A stretch of 50,522 bases of DNA, taken from positions 1 through 50,522 of the forward strand of contig JAOPVZ010000106.1 in the NCBI GenBank assembly GCA_025965935.1, written 5' to 3'. Source of the stretch: Frankiales bacterium (GTDB taxonomy: Bacteria; Actinomycetota; Actinomycetes; Mycobacteriales; SCTD01). A program made the position numbers and the translations under genes. Numbering within the stretch: position 1 is the stretch's first letter; each line of letters opens with the position of its first letter. The notes beneath the pieces are model-generated. The model ran no database searches, was not told the origin of the DNA, and worked only from the letters and a program-made list of their open reading frames with translations. Below are positions 17,792-28,667 of this stretch, in pieces.

Positions 17792-20170
17792 TCAGCGGAC
17801 GGCGCGCCGGCGGATCGGCCTCGTGATGGCGGCGATGCTGTCGTCGACGGCGTCCATGATCCGGCTCAGCCGGGAGCCGAGCGACGTGCCCGCCCACCGC
17901 AGGGTCGACGGCGGGAACAGCACCGCCCGCAGCCGTACGGAGCGCGGCGCCCGCGCCTGCAGCGCGGACCGCACGAGGGCGACGTCGAGCGAGAGGTCCT
18001 CACGCGCCTGCCGCTCGGGCGGTGCGTAGCGGGCCCGCTCGGTCGCGGCCGCGATCCGGGACAGCGCCTGGGTGGCTGGTTCGCCCAGCGGCACGCCGCT
18101 CGACAGCCGGGCCGCGGCGGCGCGTGGGGAGTCGGCGCCCTGCCAGGTCCAGCCGACGTCGGTGCCGTCGTCGACCAGCTGCTCCCACGGTGTGAGGGGA
18201 TCCGCGTCCGCCCAGCGGAACCGACGTCGCAGCACCGTGAGGCCGAACGGGAGCACCAGCAGGACCGCGGCGACGACCGGTGCCACGAGCCAGGGCGATG
18301 GCCCCGAGCTGCCGGATGACTGCGTCGTGCCCGCCGCGGTGCCGCCGGCGTCCCCGTTGAGGATCCTCGCGATGCCGGGCGGCAGGCTGGCCGTCGGCTT
18401 GGGGCCGGCCGTCGCGGTGGCACTGGGGCCCGGAACCGTCGGGTTCCCCTGACCGGGGACCGGCAGCGCCGAGGTGTAGCCAGGGATCGAGGCCTGGCTG
18501 GCGTCGGGGGTCGGCTCGAAGCGCACCCAGCCGGTCCCGGCGAACCACGCCTCCGGCCACGCGTGCGCCTCCTGCGACGTGACCTCGTAGAAGGTGCTGC
18601 CGTCGCTGGCGGTCTGCTTCACGCCGGGAGTGAAGCCGACGGCCACGCGGGACGGGATCCCGGCCACGCGCAGCATGACGGCCATCGCGGTGGCGTACTG
18701 CTCGCAGAAGCCGTGCTTGCCCTGCAGGAAGGCGACCAGCTTGTCCTGGCCGGGCAGCGCCTGGGTGGCCTGCAGGTCGTACTTGAAGGCGGGGTTGCGG
18801 GCGAAGTAGTCCTGGATGGCGACGGCCTCGTCGTACTCGGTGGTCTTCCCCTTCACGACCTGGTCGGTCAGCGTCTGGACGAAGTGGTCGACGGTCAGCG
18901 GCCGGTCGTACACGGCCCGGACGTCGGCGGGGACGTTGTCGAGGCTGGCGACCTGCAGCGTGGAGCGGTCCGGCAGGGCCCGGCTGGCCTGGACCTTGTA
19001 GGTCGTCACGTCCTTGGTGCTCTGCCCGGGTGAGAAGACCGTCTGGCTGCGCTTCTCCCACACCCAGGACGGGTCGACGTTGACCTTCGTCGGGCCGTAG
19101 GGAACCGGCAGCCAGTGGATGTCGAGGGCCTTGTCCCGCAGGGCGACCCGCATCGTGAAGTCGTCGTGCGCGCCCAGCTGGTCGCTCGACGGCGGGATGC
19201 CGTTGCGGACCTGGGCCTTCTTGGGGTCCGCCCGTAGCTCGGTCGCCGACCAGGTGCCGTCGGCGTAGCTGTCGAGGGTGGTCATCCTGATGTAGTCCGG
19301 CTGCGGGTCGCTGGTCACGTAGTCGAACAGCGGCACCCGCACCTTGTTGTCGAGGAAGCCCTGCAGCTTGGTGATGGGGTTGTAGGTGAGCACCCGCTGG
19401 GATCCGCCGCTGCCGCCCGAGCCGCTGCCACCACCGCCGCCGCCGACGAGGCGGTGGTCGAGGCCCGGCGTCAGCCAAGGGACGATCACCGCGGCACCCA
19501 CCGCGGCCACGCCGATGCGGCGGCCCACCCGTCCGAGGCTGCTGTCGTCCCCGCCTGGTCGGGCCCCCGGCAGTGCGGACCGCATGGGCGTGCCCCAGCG
19601 GCCGACGCGCTCGCTGCCCTCGACGAGGAGCAGCCCCAGCCAGCCGATGGCGCCGAGGACGAACGGCAGCCCACCGATGCCGCCAGGGAGTACGGCGGAG
19701 GGGACCGCCAGCAGGACGAGCAGCGGCAGACCCGAGACTGCCGCCCGGTCGAGCACGACGGCGACCAGGTCGACGGCCAGCGCCACGGCCCCGACGCCTG
19801 CGGCGGTGAGCAGCTCCAGCCCGTGCGACACCGGTACCGGGGGTCCGTAGTGCTGGATGTTGTTCTGGGCCTGGTCCCACAGCGAGCGCAGGGCATCGCC
19901 GGTGCCGCTGGTCGGGATGACGCCGGCGGACATCGTGTCGCCGACGAAGACCACCAGCAGGTAGGCGACCAGCAGCACCAGCGCGATCAGCGGCTGCAGG
20001 CTGCGCGGCACACCGAGCCGGCGGGTCAGCACCCCGCTGACCACGACGACCAGGATCGCGCCGAGCGACGAGAGCATCCAGTGGCTGCCGGCGTAGATCG
20101 GGGACAGCGCCGACATGGCGAGCGCCACCGCGACGCCGGCGGCCAGGGTGAGCTGCTCCTTGATGCTCAT
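17792..20170 (-). CDS. Membrane transglutaminase-like protein (TgpA/DUF3488)
   Basis: Multi-TM N-terminus; GFCEQYA, SRVAVGF, AHAWPE, GWVRFEPTP; start MSIKEQ overlaps the DUF58 stop. Confidence 0.9.
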   Translation of the reverse strand: MSIKEQLTLAAGVAVALAMSALSPIYAGSHWMLSSLGAILVVVVSGVLTRRLGVPRSLQPLIALVLLVAYLLVVFVGDTMSAGVIPTSGTGDALRSLWDQAQNNIQHYGPPVPVSHGLELLTAAGVGAVALAVDLVAVVLDRAAVSGLPLLVLLAVPSAVLPGGIGGLPFVLGAIGWLGLLLVEGSERVGRWGTPMRSALPGARPGGDDSSLGRVGRRIGVAAVGAAVIVPWLTPGLDHRLVGGGGGGSGSGGSGGSQRVLTYNPITKLQGFLDNKVRVPLFDYVTSDPQPDYIRMTTLDSYADGTWSATELRADPKKAQVRNGIPPSSDQLGAHDDFTMRVALRDKALDIHWLPVPYGPTKVNVDPSWVWEKRSQTVFSPGQSTKDVTTYKVQASRALPDRSTLQVASLDNVPADVRAVYDRPLTVDHFVQTLTDQVVKGKTTEYDEAVAIQDYFARNPAFKYDLQATQALPGQDKLVAFLQGKHGFCEQYATAMAVMLRVAGIPSRVAVGFTPGVKQTASDGSTFYEVTSQEAHAWPEAWFAGTGWVRFEPTPDASQASIPGYTSALPVPGQGNPTVPGPSATATAGPKPTASLPPGIARILNGDAGGTAAGTTQSSGSSGPSPWLVAPVVAAVLLVLPFGLTVLRRRFRWADADPLTPWEQLVDDGTDVGWTWQGADSPRAAAARLSSGVPLGEPATQALSRIAAATERARYAPPERQAREDLSLDVALVRSALQARAPRSVRLRAVLFPPSTLRWAGTSLGSRLSRIMDAVDDSIAAITRPIRRRAVR

Positions 20171-21450
20171 CGGACCGCCGTCTCGGCACGGGCGGCGACC
20201 GTGGCGGCGAGGGGCCAGACCGAGGCCAGCGTCGTGCCGTGCTCGACCCGCAGCACCCGCCAGCCGGCGGCCGCGAGCAGGCTGGCCGAGGACTCGTAGG
20301 CCTGCTTGGCCTCCTCCCGTCGCCGCGGGCCGCTGGGGGCCCAGCTCTCGGCGTCGACCAGGACCGCGACGCACGCGCCTGCGCCGTGCCGGAGCCGGGC
20401 GAGCCGTTCCGCGTCGTCGGGGCGCAGGGAGCCGACCACTGCGACCAGCACGCCATCGACTCCGTTGCGACGGAGCTGGCCGGTGGCTGCCTCGAGCGAC
20501 TCGGCCCGCGACGACGCGACGCCGGCCAGCGCGTCCAGCACCGCGCCCTCGCTCGACGGCACCGAGACCGGGACCAGGTCGACGCCGTTGTCCAGCAGCA
20601 CGCGCAGCCCGTAACCCGCGCGGCCGAGGTTCACAGCGATGCTCGCGACGCCGCTGACCGCCCACTCGAAGGACGAGCCCGGACCGTCGCCGCGGTGCGC
20701 GACGACCCGGCTGTCGAGCAGCACGGTCGCCCGGCTCTGGAACGGCTGCTCCTCTCGGCGGACCATCAGCTCGCCGACCCGGGCCGTGGAGCGCCAGTGC
20801 ACCTTGCGCAGGTCGTCGCCGTGCCGGTACTCACGGGTGGCCGCGTCGTCGGAACCGGTTGCCGCGATGGAGCGGGCGGTCGCGTCGCCACCGCCGGTCC
20901 AGTCGCCACCCAGCCGGATCGTCGGCAGCGGCGACACCGTGGGGGTGACGATCAGGTCGTCGGTGGAGGAGAAGGAGCGGCTCATCTCCACGAGCCCGAA
21001 GGGATCGGTGAGGCGGACCGACAGCGGCCCGACCCGGTAGCGGCCGCGGACGTCTGCGCGGACGGGGTAGCTGACCTCGCGGACACCCTTGGGCTCCACC
21101 CGGTCGAGCACGAACCGCGGCCTGCCGCCCAGGACGTAGGGGAGCGCGTCCTCCATGAGCAGCACGCCGCTGGAGATCTTGGAGACGTTGTCGAGCCGGA
21201 GCCGCACGGTCGCCGGCCGGCCCGCCTCGACGCGCGGCGGGTCGAGCAGCCTCGCGCAGGCCAGCCGGTAGCGCGTGCGCGCGACCACGAAGACCGCCGC
21301 GAGTGGCAGGAAGATGAGGAACACGGCGGCGCGCAGCAGGTCACGCTGCCCGAGCAGGACGGCGCAGGCCGCGAGTGCCAGTCCCGCGGCGAGCAGGCAG
21401 CGCCCGCGGGTCGTGAGACCCGAGAGCGCGCGCCCGACCGCACCCGGCAC
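20167..21450 (-). CDS. DUF58-domain protein
   Basis: DPFGL, REYRHGDDLRKVHWRSTAR.GELMVR. Confidence 0.92.
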   Translation of the reverse strand: MPGAVGRALSGLTTRGRCLLAAGLALAACAVLLGQRDLLRAAVFLIFLPLAAVFVVARTRYRLACARLLDPPRVEAGRPATVRLRLDNVSKISSGVLLMEDALPYVLGGRPRFVLDRVEPKGVREVSYPVRADVRGRYRVGPLSVRLTDPFGLVEMSRSFSSTDDLIVTPTVSPLPTIRLGGDWTGGGDATARSIAATGSDDAATREYRHGDDLRKVHWRSTARVGELMVRREEQPFQSRATVLLDSRVVAHRGDGPGSSFEWAVSGVASIAVNLGRAGYGLRVLLDNGVDLVPVSVPSSEGAVLDALAGVASSRAESLEAATGQLRRNGVDGVLVAVVGSLRPDDAERLARLRHGAGACVAVLVDAESWAPSGPRRREEAKQAYESSASLLAAAGWRVLRVEHGTTLASVWPLAATVAARAETAVR

Positions 21451-21455
21451 GACGG

Positions 21456-22454
<999 letters not shown>

Positions 22455-22799
22455 GGGATTCCTCCTGGGCTCCGGGTCAGAAAGCGCGCTGTCGAGCAGT
22501 CGTGGGAGCGGTCGGTCGGCAGGCCGGCCTGGCGCTGGCACCAATCCTGACAGCACTCCTCCGCTGCTCTCCTCCAGCATGCGCCACGAGCCGCCGACGC
22601 GCTGCCTGAATGCCCACCACTTCCCACCACCCCGACGCTCCAGCGCGCTGAGCGGTTCCCTCCGGGACCTCCCGGGAGGCAGGAGGGTGTGCCGCAGTTC
22701 CGCGCGGTGCTCCCGGCAGCCAGCTCTCCTCCACCTGCCCTCCACGGCTCTGACCTGCGGCTTTCCCTCCGATTCACCCGCTCGTGCCGCCGTACATCG

Positions 22800-22850
22800 T
22801 TGACAGTGGGTAGTAGTGGAGTAACGTGGGGCACACGGGAGGCGAGTGGC
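22800..22850 (+). promoter_or_regulatory. dcw promoter overlapped by 10-bp-periodic GTGG(G/A) MraZ boxes
   Basis: TTGACA 22800-22805 and TAACGT 22822-22827; GTGGG 22806, GTGGA 22816, GTGGG 22826, GTGGC 22846. Confidence 0.75.
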
Positions 22851-22874
22851 TCCTCGGGGGAGGTGGGCGAGGTC

Positions 22875-23306
22875 GTGTTCCTCGGTACCCACACCCCGAA
22901 GTTGGACGAGAAGGGCCGGCTGTTCCTGCCGGCCAGGTTTCGGGAGGAGCTGGCGGAGGGCGTGGTGATCACCAAGGGGCAGGAGCATTGCCTCTACGTG
23001 TTCCGGCGCGCTGACTTCACCGAGCAGGCCGCGAAGCTGCAGGCCGCCCCGATCACTGCCAAGGCGGCCCGCGACTTCGGCCGCATGCTGTTCGCCGGCG
23101 CGGTGGACGACGCCCCCGACAAGCAGGGCCGGGTCACCGTCCCGGCACCGCTTCGCGCGTACGCGGGCCTGACCAAGGACTGCGTCGTGATCGGCGCCAA
23201 CACCCGCCTGGAGATCTGGGACGCCGCCACCTGGGCGACCTACGAGTCCGAGCAGGACGTCGCCTTCGCCGAGCAGGCCGAGGAGGTCGTCCCGGGCCTG
23301 TTCTGA
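22875..23306 (+). CDS. mraZ: Division/cell-wall cluster repressor MraZ
   Basis: [16 protein letters not shown]...DKQGRV (two DxxxR motifs), 143 aa. Confidence 0.96.
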   Translation: MFLGTHTPKLDEKGRLFLPARFREELAEGVVITKGQEHCLYVFRRADFTEQAAKLQAAPITAKAARDFGRMLFAGAVDDAPDKQGRVTVPAPLRAYAGLTKDCVVIGANTRLEIWDAATWATYESEQDVAFAEQAEEVVPGLF

Positions 23307-23324
23307 CAGACGAGACAGCGAGAT

Positions 23325-23413
23325 CCCTGCGGTCTGGCCTCCGACCGCTCCTCCTCCCTGGCACACCTTCCCCGGTGCCAGGCGGGGGAGCGGGCGGGGA
23401 CCAGGGAGCAGGG
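23325..23413 (+). ncRNA. mraW RNA motif (actinobacterial hairpin with CUUCCCC loop)
   Basis: Long hairpin between mraZ and rsmH with apex TGGCAC-ACCTTCCCCG-GTGCCA; outer arms CCCTGC/GCAGGG. Confidence 0.8.
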
Positions 23414-23449
23414 CCAAGACAGCCAGCCAGACGAAGGGGTCGAGACCAG

Positions 23450-24397
23450 ATGCAGGAGCCCGCGCACGTACCCGTGCTGCTGGATCGCTGCGTCGGCCTG
23501 CTCGCCCCTGCGCTGCTGTCCGACACCGACGTGGTCGTCGACTGCACGCTCGGGATGGGCGGGCACGCCGAGGCGCTGCTGGCCCGCACACCGGCCCGGC
23601 TGGTCGGCCTCGACCGGGACCCGGAGGCGCTGCGGCGCTCGACGGACCGCCTCGCCCCGTTCGGGGAGCGGGTCACGCTGGTCCACGCCGTCTACGACGC
23701 CCTGCCGCAAGTCCTCGCCGACCTCGGACTCGAGACGGTGCAGGGGATCCTGTTCGACCTGGGTGTCAGCTCGCTCCAGCTCGACGAGGCGGACCGCGGC
23801 TTCTCCTACGCGCAGGACGCGCCGCTCGACATGCGGATGGACCCGACCACCGGCATCAGCGCCGCCGACGTCGTCAACAGCTATGACGGCCGTGCGCTCG
23901 CCAAGCTCCTCAGGGAGTACGGCGATGAGCGGTTCGCCTCCCGGATCGCCGACGCCATCGTGCGTGAGCGGCAGAAGGCGCCGCTGACCTCGAGCGCCCG
24001 GCTCGCGGAACTGGTCCGGGACGCGATCCCGGCCGCTACCCGGCGTACCGGTGGTCACCCGGCCAAGCGCACCTTCCAGGCGCTGCGCATCGAGGTGAAC
24101 GACGAGCTCGGCGTGCTGCGCCGCGCGGTCCCCGCCGCCCTCGACGCGCTGTCCGTCGGCGGCCGGATCGTCGTGATGAGCTACCAGTCGCTCGAGGACA
24201 AGATCGTCAAGGCGGCGCTGGTCGCGCGGTCCACGAGCGACGTGCCCGTCGACCTGCCGTTCGTGCCCGAGGGCCACCAGCCCGAGCTCCGGCTCCTCGT
24301 CCGCGGCTCCGAGCAGGCCTCGGACGCCGAGGTCGCCGCGAACCCGCGGGCCCAGTCGGTGCGGCTGCGCGCCGCCGAGAAGGTGCGTGCCGCATGA
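23450..24397 (+). CDS. rsmH: 16S rRNA m4C1402 methyltransferase
   Basis: [50 protein letters not shown]. Confidence 0.97.
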   Translation: MQEPAHVPVLLDRCVGLLAPALLSDTDVVVDCTLGMGGHAEALLARTPARLVGLDRDPEALRRSTDRLAPFGERVTLVHAVYDALPQVLADLGLETVQGILFDLGVSSLQLDEADRGFSYAQDAPLDMRMDPTTGISAADVVNSYDGRALAKLLREYGDERFASRIADAIVRERQKAPLTSSARLAELVRDAIPAATRRTGGHPAKRTFQALRIEVNDELGVLRRAVPAALDALSVGGRIVVMSYQSLEDKIVKAALVARSTSDVPVDLPFVPEGHQPELRLLVRGSEQASDAEVAANPRAQSVRLRAAEKVRAA

Positions 24398-24933
24398 GTG
24401 CCGCCCCGCTCGAGCGATCCCCCCGGGTCATGCCACTGCGCTCGCCGCTGCCGAAGGAGGCGCCCAAGCGCACCTCCCCGCTGCGGGTCGTCCCGCCGCG
24501 CCGCTCGTCGGCCGCCAAGGCGCCGTTCGCGGTGATGCTCGTCGTGCTCCTGGGCGGTGGGCTGCTCGGGCTGCTGCTCCTCAACACCCTGGTCGCGCAG
24601 CAGAGCTTCTCGATCCACGACCTGAGCGCCAAGGACAAGGCGCTCCAGCAGCGCGAGCAGGACCTGTCGAGCCAGGTGCAGGCCCTCGAGGCGCCCGCAT
24701 CCCTGGCCGCGCGCGCCACGGCGCTGCACATGGTGCCGAGCGGGCCGCCCGCCTTCCTCCGGCTGTCCGACGGCAAGGTCCTCGGCGACCCGCAGGCCGG
24801 GGCGGCCCCCACGGTCGTGAAGCCGGTCGTGAAGCCCGCCGCACCCACCGGCTCCACGACCTGGACCGGTCCCAAGCCGCCCACCACCACCAGCACGACG
24901 ACCGTCGTCAAGCCCACGGGAGCGCACCGGTGA
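24394..24933 (+). CDS. ftsL: FtsL-like cell division protein
   Basis: TM helix, coiled coil, [11 protein letters not shown]; lies between rsmH and ftsI. Confidence 0.8.
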   Translation: MSAAPLERSPRVMPLRSPLPKEAPKRTSPLRVVPPRRSSAAKAPFAVMLVVLLGGGLLGLLLLNTLVAQQSFSIHDLSAKDKALQQREQDLSSQVQALEAPASLAARATALHMVPSGPPAFLRLSDGKVLGDPQAGAAPTVVKPVVKPAAPTGSTTWTGPKPPTTTSTTTVVKPTGAHR

Positions 24934-26822
24934 CCCCTCCGCAGCCTCGTCGTCCTGCGTCCGGTCGTCCCCGCCCCACCCACCAGCCCGGTCGTCAGCA
25001 GGCCCGGCCCGTCCGCCGACCGGCTCCGCCGCGTGGCCCGGCAGCACGGCGCCGTCCCCGCCGGCGACCGCTGGGCCGTCCGGGCGTGCGACTGCGCAGC
25101 GGTCTGGTCATCCTCGGAGCGGTCGTCCTGCTGCTCGCCGGCCGCCTCGTGCAGCTGCAGGGCCTGCAGCCGCAGGCCTACGCCGACCACGGGGTCCAGC
25201 AGACGCACGTGGTGACCATCCCGGCGCTCCGCGGCAGCGTGCTCGACCGCAACGGCAACGTCCTGGCGCTGTCGGTCCTCAAGAAGAACGTCTACGCAGA
25301 GCCGCGCACGATCGCGGCCGCGACCTGCCAGGTGGGCGCCACCATCCCCTGCGACCCGCAGACCATCGCGGCGAAGATCGCCCCGATGCTGGGTCTCGAC
25401 ACCGCCTCGGTGCAGGCGAAGCTCAGCAACGGCAAGGGCTTCGTCTACCTCAAGCGTGGCGTCGACCCGGCGCTGGCGCAGCAGGTCATCGACCTGTCGC
25501 TGCCGGGCATCGGCCAGGAGAGCACCACCGTCCGCGAGCACCCGTCGAACGGCCTCGCCGCCGGTGTCCTGGGGTTCACGAACTTCGACGGCCAGGGCGT
25601 CGCCGGGATCGAGCAGACCTTCGACAGCGTGCTCGCCGGCACTCCCGGCAAGACGGTCGCGCGCTTCGACGCCCTCGGCCGCGTCATCCCGACCAGCGCC
25701 GACAGCCACGTCGACCCGGTCGCCGGCACCGACGTCCAGCTCACCCTGGACGAGGACCTGCAGTGGTACGCGCAGGACCTGCTCGCCAAGCAGGTCCAGG
25801 CCACCCAGGCGATCAACGGCACCATCGTCGTGATGGACGTGCACACCGGCGAGGTGCTCGCCTTCGCCTCGGCGCCGACCTACAACCCCGACAACGTCAA
25901 GGCGGGTGACAACCCCGCGCTGCCTGGTATCGCTGACGTCTACGAGCCCGGCTCCGTCAACAAGGTCATCACAGCGGCCGCAGCCCTGCAGCGCGGGATC
26001 GTCACCCCCAGCACCGTCATCGACGTGCCGCCCAGCTACAAGGTCAGCAACACCGTCCTGCACGACGCCGAGAAGCACGGCGACGAGCACCTCACCTTCA
26101 CCGGCGTCCTCGCGAAGTCCAGCAACATCGGCACGGTCAAGGTCGCGCAGCAGGTCGGGGTGCAGGGGCTCTACGACACCATGCGCGCCTTCGGCTTCGG
26201 GTCGAAGTCCGGCGTCCAGCTGCCGGCCGACAGCCGGGGCCTGCTGCCCAAGCCGTCCCAGTGGTCCGGCACGTCCATCGCCAACATCCCGATCGGCCAG
26301 GGCGTCTCGACCACCGTCCTGCAGGTCGCCTCGGTCTACGCGACCATCGCCAACGACGGCGTGCGGGTGCAGCCCACCATCGTCAAGGCGGAGCGGGACA
26401 GCGCCGGCCACCCGATCGCCGTACCGGCGCCACCGAGCCGCCGGGTCGTGTCCCCGCAGGTCGCCACGACCATCCGCCAGATGCTTGAGTCGGCCGTCTC
26501 GCTGCAGGGCACCGCGCCGCTGGCGGCGGTGCCCGGTTACCGGGTGTCCGGCAAGACCGGGACCGCCCAGCGGGTCGCCACCAGCGGGCCGAACCAGGGC
26601 CACTACGACGGCACCTACACCTCTTCCTTCGTCGGGATGGCGCCCGCGGACGCCCCCAAGTTCGTCGTGGCCGTGGTGCTGCAGGGCACCGGCAAGAAGG
26701 GGTACTTCGGCGGCACGGTGTCCGCGCCGCTGTTCAGCAAGGTGATGGGCTTCGCGCTCCGCTCCTACGACGTCCCGCCGACCGGCACGGTCCCTCCGCG
26801 GTTCCAGCTCGTCGCGCCCTAG
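24930..26822 (+). CDS. ftsI: Penicillin-binding protein FtsI (class B)
   Basis: RGSVLDRNG, EPGSVNK (SxxK), SSN, KTGT; GTG start overlaps the ftsL stop. Confidence 0.95.
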   Translation: MTPPQPRRPASGRPRPTHQPGRQQARPVRRPAPPRGPAARRRPRRRPLGRPGVRLRSGLVILGAVVLLLAGRLVQLQGLQPQAYADHGVQQTHVVTIPALRGSVLDRNGNVLALSVLKKNVYAEPRTIAAATCQVGATIPCDPQTIAAKIAPMLGLDTASVQAKLSNGKGFVYLKRGVDPALAQQVIDLSLPGIGQESTTVREHPSNGLAAGVLGFTNFDGQGVAGIEQTFDSVLAGTPGKTVARFDALGRVIPTSADSHVDPVAGTDVQLTLDEDLQWYAQDLLAKQVQATQAINGTIVVMDVHTGEVLAFASAPTYNPDNVKAGDNPALPGIADVYEPGSVNKVITAAAALQRGIVTPSTVIDVPPSYKVSNTVLHDAEKHGDEHLTFTGVLAKSSNIGTVKVAQQVGVQGLYDTMRAFGFGSKSGVQLPADSRGLLPKPSQWSGTSIANIPIGQGVSTTVLQVASVYATIANDGVRVQPTIVKAERDSAGHPIAVPAPPSRRVVSPQVATTIRQMLESAVSLQGTAPLAAVPGYRVSGKTGTAQRVATSGPNQGHYDGTYTSSFVGMAPADAPKFVVAVVLQGTGKKGYFGGTVSAPLFSKVMGFALRSYDVPPTGTVPPRFQLVAP

Positions 26823-26832
26823 TCTCGAACCC

Positions 26833-28290
26833 GTGCTGCGGCCGTCCCACCCGTTGCCGCGCCCTCTCGCAGAGGTGCTCGGCGAGGTCGCCGGGCTCCA
26901 GGTGCGGGGCGACCTCGCAGGCGTGCTCGTGACCGGCTGCACCCACGACTCCCGAGCGGTCCGGCCAGGGGACCTGTACGCCGGGCTGCCGGGCGCCCAC
27001 GCCCACGGCGCCGACTTCGCCGCCCAGGCCGTCGCGGCCGGAGCGGTCGCAGTCCTCACGGACCAGGCGGGCGCAGAGCGGGTCGACGGCGTTCCGGTGC
27101 TCGTCGCGGACGCGCCGCGATCGGTGCTGGGCGAGGTGGCGTCCTGGGTGCACGGCCACCCGTCGCAGGCGCTGCTCGTGCTCGGCGTCACAGGCACCAA
27201 CGGCAAGACGACCACGGCGTTCCTGCTGGAAGCGGGGCTGCGGGCCGCCGGTCACCGCACCGGCCTGCTCGGCACCGTCGTCACGCGCATCGGCGACGAG
27301 GCCGTGCCGAGCACCCGCACCACGCCGGAGGCCACCGACCTGCACGCCCTGTTCGCCACGATGGTGGAGCAGGACGTGTCGGCCGTCGCGATGGAGGTCA
27401 GCTCGCACGCACTCGCGCTGGGACGGGTCGACGGGGTGCGGTTCGACGTCGCGGCTTTCACGAACCTGTCGCAGGACCACCTGGACTTCCACGCCGACAT
27501 GGAGGACTACTTCCGGGCGAAGGCGTCGCTGTTCACACCTGCCCGCACCGACCGGGGAGTCGTCAACGGCGACGACCCCTTCGGGCAGCGGCTGCTCGCC
27601 GACCCGCTGGTGCCGCTGGTGTCGTTCGGCGCCAAGGGCGACTGGGCTGTGAGTGACGTGGAGCTGCGCACCGACGGCAGTGCCTTCCGGCTCGTCGGGC
27701 CGGACGTCGACGTCACCGCTGGCGTCCGGCTGCCGGGAGAGTTCAACGTCAGCAACGCCGCGGCAGCGATCGTCTCGCTCGTGCAGGCGGGGGTGCCCGT
27801 GGCTGCGGCGGTCGACGGCGTGGCCGGCCTTCCCGGCGTACCGGGCCGGATGGAGAGGGTCGACGAGGGACAGCCCTTCACCGCGCTCGTCGACTACGCG
27901 CACACACCTGAGGCCGTCCAGACGCTGCTGCGCTCGGTGCGCGAGGTGACGCCCGGACGCGTCATCGTGGTGCTGGGCTGCGGCGGCGACCGCGACCGGG
28001 GCAAGCGGCCGCTGATGGGGCGAGCCGCCGTCGAGGGCGCCGACGTCGCGGTGCTCACCAGCGACAACCCGCGCAGCGAGGACCCGCTCGCGATCCTCGC
28101 CGAGATGGGCCAGCCCGAGGCCGTGCACGAGGTTGACCGTCGCAAGGCGATCGCCCTGGCGGTCGCGATGGCACGACCAGGCGACGCCGTCGTGGTCGCC
28201 GGCAAGGGGCACGAGAGCGGCCAGGAGGTCGACGGGATCGTGACCCCGTTCGACGACCGCGAGGTCCTTCGCGAGGTGCTGTCCTCGTGA
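26833..28290 (+). CDS. murE: UDP-MurNAc-dipeptide--DAP ligase
   Basis: GTNGKTT, MEVSSH, DYAH, DNPR (DAP-specificity motif), AGKGHE. Confidence 0.96.
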   Translation: MLRPSHPLPRPLAEVLGEVAGLQVRGDLAGVLVTGCTHDSRAVRPGDLYAGLPGAHAHGADFAAQAVAAGAVAVLTDQAGAERVDGVPVLVADAPRSVLGEVASWVHGHPSQALLVLGVTGTNGKTTTAFLLEAGLRAAGHRTGLLGTVVTRIGDEAVPSTRTTPEATDLHALFATMVEQDVSAVAMEVSSHALALGRVDGVRFDVAAFTNLSQDHLDFHADMEDYFRAKASLFTPARTDRGVVNGDDPFGQRLLADPLVPLVSFGAKGDWAVSDVELRTDGSAFRLVGPDVDVTAGVRLPGEFNVSNAAAAIVSLVQAGVPVAAAVDGVAGLPGVPGRMERVDEGQPFTALVDYAHTPEAVQTLLRSVREVTPGRVIVVLGCGGDRDRGKRPLMGRAAVEGADVAVLTSDNPRSEDPLAILAEMGQPEAVHEVDRRKAIALAVAMARPGDAVVVAGKGHESGQEVDGIVTPFDDREVLREVLSS

Positions 28291-28667
28291 CGGCCCGGGT
28301 GGTCGCCCCCCAGCTGGACCAGCTGCGCGAGGGGCTGCGGGACCTCGCCATCGCCAGCGACGGCAAGACGCGCCGCACCTTCGCGGTGCTCGGCACCCTG
28401 CCCGGCAGCCGGGAGGCGCTGATGGAGCTGGGTCGCCTGGTCGTCCGGCTCGACATCACGTCGCTGGTCGTGGTCGGCGAGGCGGGACCGGTCCATGCGG
28501 GCGCTGTCCTGGAGGGCTCGTGGGGCCAGGAGTCGCGACACGTCGAGACCGAAGGCGACGCCCTCACACTGTTGACGGCCGAGCTTCGGGACGATGACGT
28601 CGTGCTCGTCTCCGGTCTGCCCGCAGTCGCCCGTGCCCTCGGCGCTGCCCCCGAGGCCGCGCTGTGA
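28287..28667 (+). CDS. Truncated, degenerate MurF (C-terminal domain only); possible pseudogene or repurposed protein
   Basis: 126 aa in the murF slot; [42 protein letters not shown] match the actinobacterial MurF C-terminus; no ATP-binding domain. Confidence 0.75.
   Translation: MTARVVAPQLDQLREGLRDLAIASDGKTRRTFAVLGTLPGSREALMELGRLVVRLDITSLVVVGEAGPVHAGAVLEGSWGQESRHVETEGDALTLLTAELRDDDVVLVSGLPAVARALGAAPEAAL

Noticed and set aside
22748-22760. Recurring intergenic TGACC(T/A)G motif (also near 10680, 36620, 39978, 46618)
   Set aside because: Short, partly coincides with TGA stops, and enrichment cannot be shown without genome-wide counts.
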